A stretch of 64,000 nucleotides of DNA. Source: Nannocystis bainbridge. GTDB lineage: Bacteria > Myxococcota_A > Polyangia > Nannocystales > Nannocystaceae. Shown here piece after piece: positions 21,136-29,444 of the stretch. Numbering within the stretch: the first letter of the stretch is position 1; each line of letters starts with the position of its first letter. The stretch covers positions 2,336,001-2,400,000 of the forward strand of contig NZ_JAQNDL010000003.1 of NCBI RefSeq assembly GCF_028368995.1, written 5' to 3'. Below the pieces are notes generated by a model, which had not been told where the DNA came from, did no database searches, and worked only from the letters and a program-made list of their open reading frames with translations. Position numbers and translations under genes: made by a program.

Positions 21136-21172
21136 AAAATTCCCCCGTCCTCTTCTCCTCATCACAAAAGCA

Positions 21173-21259
21173 TGCGCAGGGAGGGCCTCGAACCCTCACG
21201 CCCCTCGCGGAGCCCGACGTTTTGAATGTCGGTTGTCTACCGAATTCCAGCACCTGCGC
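21173..21259 (-). tRNA. tRNA-Leu(CAA), non-canonical
   Basis: Leu-type body, loop TTCAAAA, A31-C39 and C10-A25 mismatches. Confidence 0.82.
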
Positions 21260-21299
21260 GAATCACTCGTCGACCTCTTCCTTTCTTAAAAAGATACGA

Positions 21300-21382
21300 T
21301 GCACAGGGAGGGACTCGAACCCTCACGCCCGACGGGCCTGGCGCTCTCGAGGCCAGTTGTCTACCAGTTCCAGCACCTGCGC
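21300..21382 (-). tRNA. Leu-type tRNA with ambiguous anticodon (GAG with C33, or 9-nt loop) and G3-U70
   Basis: GCGCAGG/CCTGTGC acceptor, CTGGC-CTCGAGAGC-GCCAG anticodon arm, standard Leu T arm. Confidence 0.7.
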
Positions 21383-21433
21383 GTATTCGTGTCACTCGTA
21401 CCCCTCAGGCCGTCCGTGGCCTGATATGGGGGA

Positions 21434-21508
21434 TCGGGGCAGCGGGATTCGAACCCACGACCTTCTGTGCCCAAGACAGACGCTCTGACCAGGCTGAGCT
21501 ACGCCCCG
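21434..21508 (-). tRNA. tRNA-Pro(TGG)
   Basis: CGGGGCG/TGCCCCG acceptor with C1-G72 and A73; TCTGT-CTTGGGC-ACAGA anticodon arm; GGTTCGAATCC. Confidence 0.92.
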
Positions 21509-21697
21509 AAAGCGTAAATGACGAGACCCCACGCGAGAGACACTGTCACAGTGCCATCGAACATTCGCCCGTCGGGCCGATCCGACGATCGAACCTTCAC
21601 GTGCGCAAGCCGACGCGGACTCGCGGAGGTGCAACGATTCGGATGTCTCCCCGCGCTCGTTGCAGCGCTCGCCTGCACTCCGACCGGAGCGCCCCGT

Positions 21698-21775
21698 TTA
21701 CCGGGGTAGATACGGCAGCAGGCGTAGATACGGCCGCGGGTCCAACAGCTCGGGGAGCAGCAAGAGCCCCGCCAT
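21698..21775 (-). CDS. Putative Leu/Pro/Tyr-rich leader peptide of the tRNA array (MAGLLLLPELLDPRPYLRLLPYLPR)
   Basis: ATG at 21775, TAA at 21698-21700; 10 Leu, 5 Pro, 2 Tyr; in-frame GTG at 21835 would give 45 aa; same strand and upstream of the array. Confidence 0.6.
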   Translation of the reverse strand: MAGLLLLPELLDPRPYLRLLPYLPR

Positions 21776-21852
21776 AAGCGGCTGGCCCTGGAGCTTCGTC
21801 CCGATGATGTGCTGATGGTTCGCCACGACGTTCACCCTGACTCGGTCCGGGG

Positions 21853-21881
21853 TATGTACAGCAGGCCGATTCGCCGGTCAA
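21853..21881 (-). promoter_or_regulatory. Possible sigma70-like promoter for the leader/tRNA transcript
   Basis: TTGACC-17 bp-TACATA on the minus strand; the -10 match is poor. Confidence 0.3.
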
Positions 21882-22082
21882 GTCCCTCGCACGATTTTTC
21901 CGCGGGCCGCCGGCAGTGCCCACATTCGCCGCGCGCCCGCGTCACGCTCCGCGAATCCGCGCACCACACTCCTGCCATTGCCGCGCCGCGCCGCTCGTCC
22001 CCCGCCCGGCGGACCCCCGCGGCCGGCGCCGCTCGCCGCCGCCCTCGCGTCCGCGCGCCGCTCGTGTATCCTGGCGCCCGCC

Positions 22083-22730
22083 GTGTCCCCGACCTCGCCG
22101 ACCTCCTCGGTCCTGCGCCCACGCCTGCGCGGCGTCGCCGACATCTACGTCGCCTCCGTCGCGGTCCCGGCAGTGGTCGCCCTGGTCCTCTATGCCCGCG
22201 ACGGCGCCGCCACCCTCTCGGCCCTGGTCTACGGCACGTCCCTGGTGGTCCTGCTGGTCGGCAGCGCGGTCTACCACCTGCCCGGCTGGCCGCTGCGCAC
22301 CGCCCTGTGGCTGCGCAAGCTCGACCACGCCAACATCTACCTGCTGATCGCCGGCACCGCGACCCCGCTGGCCCTGGCCCTCGACAGCTCCGCCAGCGTG
22401 TGGCTGCTGTCGGCCATGTGGCTCGCCGCCGGCCTGGGGGTGGTCAAGACCTTCGCCTGGCCCCGAGCCCCGCGCAAGCTCAGCGCCGCGCTCTACGTGC
22501 TCATGGGCTGCTTCACGCTGCCCACCGCGCCAGCCCTCCGCAGCGCCGCCGACGAGGTGTTCCTGCTGTTCGCCACGGGCGGGTTGCTCTATTTCTGCGG
22601 CGCGGTGATCTACGCCCTCCGCTGGCCCAACCCGGTCCCGCTGGTGTTCGGCTACCACGAGCTCTTTCACGTGTTCGTCTTCAGCGCCGCCCTGGTCCAT
22701 TACCTGGCGATCTGGGTCCTCGTGACCTGA
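22083..22730 (+). CDS. Hemolysin III / PAQR family membrane protein
   Basis: RPRLRG, SAVYH, LRKLDHANIYLLIAGT.TP, LYVLMG, GGLLY..GA.IYA and FGYHELFHVFV motifs; start uncertain. Confidence 0.9.
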   Translation: MSPTSPTSSVLRPRLRGVADIYVASVAVPAVVALVLYARDGAATLSALVYGTSLVVLLVGSAVYHLPGWPLRTALWLRKLDHANIYLLIAGTATPLALALDSSASVWLLSAMWLAAGLGVVKTFAWPRAPRKLSAALYVLMGCFTLPTAPALRSAADEVFLLFATGGLLYFCGAVIYALRWPNPVPLVFGYHELFHVFVFSAALVHYLAIWVLVT

Positions 22731-22876
22731 AGCGATCTGCGCCCACCGCTGGGCCCGCTGGCCCACACGCCGCGGCGCTCGCACCAATTCGCGCGCCTCA
22801 TGGTCCGCCGGACCCGGGTCTGTGATCGATCGAGCAGGCAGTATTCTCCCCAAAGCCTGAACAGTCTCTACGCCGC

Positions 22877-25639
22877 TTGACTACGGTGGAGGATCGGGCC
22901 CTCTTAGCAAAGCGCCTCGTGTCGAAGTCGCATCCAGCCCCGCATGCGCCCGATGGCAGCGGTCCCGGCCCCGTCGGCGGCCAGGGCAGGGCGGCCGCGT
23001 CGACCCGCAAGACCCCCGTCTCTCCGACCTCGCCGGACCCGGTCACGCTCGAGCCCGGCCGCGAGATCGGTCGCTTCACCGTGCTCTCGTACCTCGGCGC
23101 CGGCGCCATGGGCATCGTCTACGCCGCCTACGACCCCGAGCTCGACCGCAAGGTCGCGCTCAAGGCCCTGCGCCCGCAGGGCCGCCCCGAGAGCCACGGC
23201 CGCGTGCGCCTCCACGACGAGGCCCAGGCGATGGCCAAGGTCTCGCACCCCAACGTCGCCGTCGTCCACGAGGTCGGCCTCCACGACGACGGCATCTTCA
23301 TCGCCATGGAGTTCGTCCACGGCGAGACGCTCCAGGCCTGGCTCGAGAAGCAGCCGCGCCCGTGGCCCGAGGTGCTCGACGCGTTCATCCAGGCCGGCCG
23401 CGGCCTCGCTGCGGCCCACGCCGCCGGCCTGGTCCACCGCGACTTCAAGCCCAACAACGCCATGATCGGCGACGACGGCCGGGTCCGCGTCCTCGACTTC
23501 GGCCTGTCGTGCACCCCTGAAAAGGCCCGCCGCGAGATCGTCGGTACGCCGGCCTACATGCCCCCGGAGCAGTTCCTCGGCCTCCCGGTCGGCCCCGCCT
23601 CCGACCAGTTCAGCTTCTGCGCCTCGCTGTACCAGGGCCTGTTCGGCCAGCTGCCGTTCCCCGGCGACAGCGCCGAGGAGCTGCGCGTCACCATCACCGG
23701 CGGCCAGGTCCGCGCGCCGCCACGGCACGTCCGCGTGCCCTCGTGGCTCAGCTCCGCGATCCTGCGCGGGCTCCGACAGAACCCCGAGGACAGGTTCGCC
23801 AGCATGGAGGAGCTGCTGCGCAACCTCGACCACCACCGCAGCCGCGGCCGTCGCACGCTGCTCGGGGCGGTCGCCGCGGCGGCGCTCCTCGGTCTCGGCG
23901 GCGGCTACCTCGGCGCGCGCCCGCTGGCGGTCGAAACCTGCAGCGACGGCGCCGCGCAGATCGATCCGGTGTGGCACCGCGACGCGCAGGCGGCGATCGA
24001 GCGCACCTTCGCCAAGTTGCCGCCCGCGTTCGCCACCGAGTTCTGGCCGCAGGTCCGCGCCAAGCTGGGCGCCTGGACCCTCGACTGGAAGACCCATTAC
24101 CGGGCCGCCTGCGAGGCCCGCGAGCGCCACGAGTTCTCCGAGGAGCTGGCGCTGCGCAGCTCGGCCTGCTTCGAGCGGGCCCGCGCCGCGCTGGCCTCGG
24201 CCGTCGTCGTCCTGCGCAAGGCCGACGCCGGCGTGGCCTTGCACGCGCTCGAGGTCGCGACCTCTTTGCCCGACCCCGCCGAGTGTCGCAGCAGCGCCAG
24301 CCTCGTCGCGCACACCCGGGCCTCGCGCGACATCGGCACCACCCTGCGTCGCCGCAAGGTCATGGCCGAGCTCGAGGACGTCAAGATCCACGCCCGGGCC
24401 GGACGGATCCGGACCTCCCGCCAGCTCGCCGAGTGGACCCTGCGCGAGGCCCACGCGCTCGGCGACCGGGCCACCCTGGCCGAGGCGCTGCTCCTGCGCG
24501 GCCGCCTCGACATCGAGATCGACCCGACCCGCGCCGAACCATTCCTCACTCGCGCCTATCTCGTGGCCCTCGGCGCCGGCGAGGACAACCGCGTGGTCGA
24601 GGCGCTCGCGCTGCGCCTCTACGCCCGCAGCCACGCCCCGCACGGCCTGCCGCGCGCCTTCGAGGACCTCGAGGTCGTCACCGCCTTGTTGCCCCGGATC
24701 GGCAACCCGCCGAGCCTGCAGGCGCTCGCCTTCAACAACGCCGGCTCGCTGTACCTCACCGCTGGCGACGGCGCCAAGGGCGAGCCGTACCTGCGCGAGT
24801 CCTTGCGCCTGCGCCGGGCCGCCAGCGAGGACGACGTCGAGGTCGCCAAGACGCTCGGCAACCTGGCCCTGCTGGCGCGAGATCCCGCCCGCACCCGCGA
24901 GCTCGTCGGCGAGTCGCTGACGATCCTCGAGAACAACCTCGGCCTCGCCCACCCCGAGGCCATGGCGGTGCGGATCCTCGCCGGCGCCCTCGCCGAAGAT
25001 CCCCAGGAGGCCGTGCAGCTGCTCGAGCGCGGCTGCGACGCCCTCGACTTGTACCGCCCCGACGATTCGCGCGCCCGCGCCGAATGTCTACAGCACCTGG
25101 CCGCGCACGCGCGCGACGCCGGCGAGCCGGCGATCGCCGACGACGCGATCGTGCGCGCGCGCGCGCTGATCGAGCGAATGGCGGATACGGAGCCCGATTC
25201 ACCGTTCCGCTTCGACAACGCCCTGATCCGCGGCTACGCCGGCCTGGTCGACGGCGCCCACGCTGACGCCCTGATCTACCTCGGGCGCACGCTCGACGAG
25301 CTGCGCGGCGGCGAATGGTGGCAGCGGCGAAAGGTCGCCGAGATCGAGCTGTGCATCGGCCTGCACCTGCTCGCCGACGGCGACATCCCGGGGGCCCGGC
25401 GCGCGCTCGCGGCCAGCGTCGCCATCTTCGAGCAGGTCGCGGCCAAGGCCCACGACAACGTCCTGCCGCGGACCCTCGCCGGCGCCCGGCTGGCCTACGC
25501 CGACGCCCTGCGCGCCAGCTTCGACCCGGAGGCCGCCGCGCACGAGCTCGCTGTCGCCGAATCATGGTACCGCGAATCCGCGGGCGATTTCGCATGGCGC
25601 CTGCCGACAATCGCCCAACGCCGTCAGCGACTGGAGTAA
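22877..25639 (+). CDS. Membrane Ser/Thr protein kinase with extracytoplasmic TPR-like region
   Basis: LGAGAMGIVY, VALK, HRDFKPNN, DFG, GTPAYMPPEQ; TM segment; Cys-containing helical domain and TPR-like repeats; start uncertain. Confidence 0.92.
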   Translation: MTTVEDRALLAKRLVSKSHPAPHAPDGSGPGPVGGQGRAAASTRKTPVSPTSPDPVTLEPGREIGRFTVLSYLGAGAMGIVYAAYDPELDRKVALKALRPQGRPESHGRVRLHDEAQAMAKVSHPNVAVVHEVGLHDDGIFIAMEFVHGETLQAWLEKQPRPWPEVLDAFIQAGRGLAAAHAAGLVHRDFKPNNAMIGDDGRVRVLDFGLSCTPEKARREIVGTPAYMPPEQFLGLPVGPASDQFSFCASLYQGLFGQLPFPGDSAEELRVTITGGQVRAPPRHVRVPSWLSSAILRGLRQNPEDRFASMEELLRNLDHHRSRGRRTLLGAVAAAALLGLGGGYLGARPLAVETCSDGAAQIDPVWHRDAQAAIERTFAKLPPAFATEFWPQVRAKLGAWTLDWKTHYRAACEARERHEFSEELALRSSACFERARAALASAVVVLRKADAGVALHALEVATSLPDPAECRSSASLVAHTRASRDIGTTLRRRKVMAELEDVKIHARAGRIRTSRQLAEWTLREAHALGDRATLAEALLLRGRLDIEIDPTRAEPFLTRAYLVALGAGEDNRVVEALALRLYARSHAPHGLPRAFEDLEVVTALLPRIGNPPSLQALAFNNAGSLYLTAGDGAKGEPYLRESLRLRRAASEDDVEVAKTLGNLALLARDPARTRELVGESLTILENNLGLAHPEAMAVRILAGALAEDPQEAVQLLERGCDALDLYRPDDSRARAECLQHLAAHARDAGEPAIADDAIVRARALIERMADTEPDSPFRFDNALIRGYAGLVDGAHADALIYLGRTLDELRGGEWWQRRKVAEIELCIGLHLLADGDIPGARRALAASVAIFEQVAAKAHDNVLPRTLAGARLAYADALRASFDPEAAAHELAVAESWYRESAGDFAWRLPTIAQRRQRLE

Positions 25640-25771
25640 ACAGATCGCGGCATCTTCGCACTCGCGAGTGCGAGGCCTGCGCGCCCCCGTTCTCGTCGAA
25701 TACGATTCAACAATCGCCGTCGTTCCTCCCTCTTGGGTTGCACATCACACAATCCCGGGACCGGAGGCTAT

Positions 25772-26734
25772 ATGCGACACTGGCGAATCTGCGCAGCTAT
25801 CATGGTTTCGTCTCCTCTCTTCGCGGGGTGTGACGACCCCGAGATCGAGGACACCCGACTCCGCCCCTACAATTGCCCCACATGGCAATGTGGATTTAAC
25901 GCCGCCGACCTCAATGGTCGCTCGATCCGCGAGCTCAACCTCGACGGCGAGCCCAACAGCGACGGCGTGCGCATCGTCGGCTTTGTCGCGCCGCTGGGCC
26001 TGCTGGGCGGCTACAAGCTCGACACCGACGGTGACGCGCTGATCGCCCGAAACGCCCAGGGCAAGACGCTCAAGGGCGCGCAGCTGTTCGGCGCAATCAT
26101 CTTCGTCCGCAAGGACGGCCCGCTCGAGCTGCCGATCCCGCTGACGGTGCTCGGTTATCAGGAGGTCGACGCCTGGGCCGACGGCGCGGCCAAGGTCCCG
26201 ACGTACACCATCGTGTACCCCGACGTCGGCGCGCTGCTGGGAGTGCGCAATGTTTGCAGCGGCGACCTGGTCGACGCCCTCGCCAGCGCGGTCACGGTCA
26301 TCTCCGACGAGACCTATGATTTGACGCAAAAAACCGTCAATCCCGGGCAGCGGCGCTGGCTCACCCTCGCGTGCGCGGGCTCGGCCGCCGCCAAGATGCG
26401 GCTGATGAACTACAGCCCGCACACCGACTTCGACGGCCAGGGCCACGCCTCGAGCGTGGCGCAGCGCCAGGCGACCCTCAAGATGATCACCGCCGACTAC
26501 TGCGGCACCGGGCACAGCTATACCGCCAACGGCACGCCGCTGCAGTGGGAGAACCAGGACGGCACCGTCGCCTCGCCTGGCCCCTACGGCGCCGTCGAGG
26601 CGATCTGGACCGCCTCCGGGGCGGCGTGTCTCGACGCCACGCGCCTCCCCGACGTCGAGGTCCCGTGTGCCCTGCCCTCGTGCTCCGAGTACGACGGCCC
26701 GGCCGGCGAGTGGTCGACCTTCGTGCCCGACTGA
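25772..26734 (+). CDS. ADYC-domain lipoprotein (paralogue 1)
   Basis: GGAGG RBS; FAGC lipobox; ACAGSAAAKM and KMITADYCG motifs; EAIW...GA.CL...R. Confidence 0.85.
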   Translation: MRHWRICAAIMVSSPLFAGCDDPEIEDTRLRPYNCPTWQCGFNAADLNGRSIRELNLDGEPNSDGVRIVGFVAPLGLLGGYKLDTDGDALIARNAQGKTLKGAQLFGAIIFVRKDGPLELPIPLTVLGYQEVDAWADGAAKVPTYTIVYPDVGALLGVRNVCSGDLVDALASAVTVISDETYDLTQKTVNPGQRRWLTLACAGSAAAKMRLMNYSPHTDFDGQGHASSVAQRQATLKMITADYCGTGHSYTANGTPLQWENQDGTVASPGPYGAVEAIWTASGAACLDATRLPDVEVPCALPSCSEYDGPAGEWSTFVPD

Positions 26735-26897
26735 CGTCTCTTGCGCGCACGCTCGCAGCCGGCACCCCACAATCGACCGGGCCCGGCGGCGGCTTCGCAC
26801 CTCGACGCACGTCTCGCGGGCCGCCGCGGCGCCCGCCACAGACACCCCCCGTGGCCGCCGTTCGCCCGCATCCTCCGGCGGGCCTCACAGTGGGAGC

Positions 26898-27902
26898 ATG
26901 ACATCAGCGACCATCCCGCTCCGGCGGTTATGCGGTGGCGTCGGCGCGATCGCGGCGCTCGTCGCCGGCTGCGTCGAACCCGGGCTCGAGGCTGACATCG
27001 ACGCCGACATCGACGCCGACATCGAGGCGCGCCCGTATCATTGCCCTGTCTGGCAGTGCGGCTTCAACTCGGCCGAGGTCAACGGCCGATCGATCCGCGA
27101 GCTCAACCTCGACGGCCTCGCCAACGCCGACGGCGTGCGCATGATCGGCTTTATCGCCCCCGCCGGCCTCTTCGGCAATTACAGGCTCGATTTCGCCGGC
27201 GACGAATTGATCGCCCGCAACGCCGGCGGCAAGGTCCTGCGCGGTAATCAGTTGGTCGGCGCGACGATCCTCGTCAAGAAGCCGGGCCTCCTGTCCTTGC
27301 CGCTGCCGATCACCATCATCGACTATCAGGAGATCGACGGCTGGGCCGCGGGCGCCGGCAAGGTCCCGGCCTACGCGATGCTCTACCTCGACCTCGAGTC
27401 GCTGCTCGGCGTGCGCAACGTGTGCAACGGCGACCTGCTCGACGTCCTCACCACCGCGGCCACCGTGCTCGGCGGCGAGACCTACGACCTCGACGCCAAG
27501 ACCGTCGAGCCCGGGCGCGACCGGTGGTTGACGATCGCCTGCGCCGGCTCGGCCGCGGCCAAGATGCGGCTGATGAACTACGGCCCGCACGGCGACTTCG
27601 ACGGCGACGGCCACCCTGCCAGCGTCGCCCAGCGCCAGGCCACCCTCAAGATGATCACCGCCGACTATTGCGGCCACGGCGACAGCTATACCGGCAACCA
27701 TATTCCGCTGCAGTGGGAGAACAGCGGCGGCACCGTCGTCTCGCCCGGCCCGTGGGGCCTCCCCGAGGCGATCTGGGGCCCTGGCGGCGCGCTCTGCCTC
27801 GACGCCACCCGGCTCGACGACGCCGACGTCGCCTGCCCCCTCCCGGCCTGCGACGCCTTCACGCTCGACGACGGCGAGTGGGCGACCTTCGTCCCCGACT
27901 GA
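26898..27902 (+). CDS. ADYC-domain lipoprotein (paralogue 2)
   Basis: VAGC lipobox; CPVWQCGFNS, KMITADYCG; collinear with paralogue 1. Confidence 0.85.
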   Translation: MTSATIPLRRLCGGVGAIAALVAGCVEPGLEADIDADIDADIEARPYHCPVWQCGFNSAEVNGRSIRELNLDGLANADGVRMIGFIAPAGLFGNYRLDFAGDELIARNAGGKVLRGNQLVGATILVKKPGLLSLPLPITIIDYQEIDGWAAGAGKVPAYAMLYLDLESLLGVRNVCNGDLLDVLTTAATVLGGETYDLDAKTVEPGRDRWLTIACAGSAAAKMRLMNYGPHGDFDGDGHPASVAQRQATLKMITADYCGHGDSYTGNHIPLQWENSGGTVVSPGPWGLPEAIWGPGGALCLDATRLDDADVACPLPACDAFTLDDGEWATFVPD

Positions 27903-28132
27903 CGCACCGATCGCCCGGGTCCGCCCAAAGATCTCGCCAGCGGGCGAGCGGAGGGCAATGTCATGACATGTCCTTTACGCCATGTCTTGGACACGGAGCC
28001 GCCCGCGCACGCTCGCCTGCGATCGCGCCGCGCGGACCGCCCGCCGGCCGCGGGCGGGCTGGACGGCGCGCAGGCGCATCTGCGATCCGGGCCACATGGC
28101 ACCGCGGCGCGAATGCGGCCACCCCTCCGGCC

Positions 28133-28798
28133 ATGCACCACCGCAAACCTTCTCCGATCGCGCTGACGCTCGTGCTCGCCGCCGCCGCCTGCTCGCGCAC
28201 GAACCCGGACACGAGCCCCCCGACCCCGATCTCGTCCGACCTGCCCGCCACCAACACCCGGACCGACGACCCGGCGGCGGTCGCCGTCGCGGCGATGCCG
28301 GAGGACGCCAAGGTCAAGGCGCCGCCCGAGTACATGACCAACGACGACGAGATCTTCGGCGTCCTCAGCATCATGAGCGAGGAGGAGATGAAGATGGCCG
28401 AGTACGCCAAGAAGTGGGCCAAGGGCACCCGCGTCAAGGAGTTCGCGGCGCTGATGATCAGCGACCACGGGGCCATGAAGGCGCGCGAGGAGGAGACCCG
28501 CGACCGCCTCGGCCTGCGCAAGACCGACAGCCGGCTGCGCGACGACATCAAGAACGACGCCAAGCAGAAGATGGAGGTCCTGGAGAAGGTCGGCAAGGGC
28601 GACGACTTCGACAAGACCTACGTCGACATGCAGGTCGACACCCACGCGATGTGGATCAACTTCATCGACACCAAGCTGCTGCCGCACGCCCAGATGCCGG
28701 ACCTTCGGGTCGAGCTGAACAACTTCCGCGCCACCCTCGAACGCCACTACGACACCGCCAAGCAGCTCCAGGCCAGCCTCACCGCGCCCAAGAGCTGA
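28133..28798 (+). CDS. DUF4142-domain lipoprotein
   Basis: AAAC lipobox; VKEFAALMISDH and FDKTYVDMQVDTH ferritin-like motifs. Confidence 0.85.
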   Translation: MHHRKPSPIALTLVLAAAACSRTNPDTSPPTPISSDLPATNTRTDDPAAVAVAAMPEDAKVKAPPEYMTNDDEIFGVLSIMSEEEMKMAEYAKKWAKGTRVKEFAALMISDHGAMKAREEETRDRLGLRKTDSRLRDDIKNDAKQKMEVLEKVGKGDDFDKTYVDMQVDTHAMWINFIDTKLLPHAQMPDLRVELNNFRATLERHYDTAKQLQASLTAPKS

Positions 28799-28874
28799 CG
28801 CCCCGGCAGGCGAGCCGCCGCCGCCGCCGCCGCGGTTTGCTCGCCGGCGCGCCGGCGTGGCATCATGGCGAGGC

Positions 28875-29444
28875 ATGCAAGCCGTCCGCGACATCGAGGT
28901 CCCCGTGGTCCCGGCCTCCCGAGAGGCCGTGGCCGACTATGGCCTCTACATCGGCACCGAGGTCCCCCAGGCCGGCCTCGGCATCCCCTTCTACAAGGGG
29001 GCCGTCGAAGAGGGCCATAACTTCGCCTTCAAGTGCAACGGCCGCTGCGTCATCCGCTCGGCCCGCATCCACCGCCGCCAGCCCGAGATCACCTGGCTCG
29101 AGCGGCACATGAACATGACCCAGCTGTTCGTCGGCCTCGGCGACCAGCCGTTCGCCATGGTCCTCGGCAAGCCGACCCACCAGCGCGGCATGGACACCCC
29201 CGACCTCGACGACGTGCGCTGCTTCGTCCTCCCGCCAGGCAGCGGCGTCATGATCCACGAGGGCACCTGGCACGACTTCCCGCTCGCCGTCGAAGGCCCC
29301 GTCACCGTGCTCACCGCCAACTCCGAAGAGGTCGTCGAGGCGCTCGCCAGCATGCGCGAGCCGGCCGAGATGGCCCACGGCGACGTGTTCAAGCTCGACA
29401 TCCGCAAGCGCCTCGGCGCCCAGCTGCGCGCGGTGCTGTTCTGA
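28875..29444 (+). CDS. Ureidoglycolate lyase (AllA)-like cupin
   Basis: LERHMNMTQLF and GVMIHEGTWH.FP motifs. Confidence 0.8.
   Translation: MQAVRDIEVPVVPASREAVADYGLYIGTEVPQAGLGIPFYKGAVEEGHNFAFKCNGRCVIRSARIHRRQPEITWLERHMNMTQLFVGLGDQPFAMVLGKPTHQRGMDTPDLDDVRCFVLPPGSGVMIHEGTWHDFPLAVEGPVTVLTANSEEVVEALASMREPAEMAHGDVFKLDIRKRLGAQLRAVLF

Noticed and set aside
20727-21382. Repeated GCGCAGGGAGGGACTCGAACCCTCACGCCC units resembling a CRISPR array
   Set aside because: They are the acceptor and T arms of tRNA-Leu paralogues on the minus strand; each folds as a cloverleaf.
21540-21557. Sigma54 promoter at TGGCAC upstream of tRNA-Pro (also TGGCACG at 57647)
   Set aside because: No TTGC -12 element at the required spacing.
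20777-21923. ORF-track ORFs overlapping the tRNA array (20777-20986, 21120-21488, 21226-21777, 21597-21923 and others)
   Set aside because: They overlap tRNA genes or the leader and have no protein-like composition.
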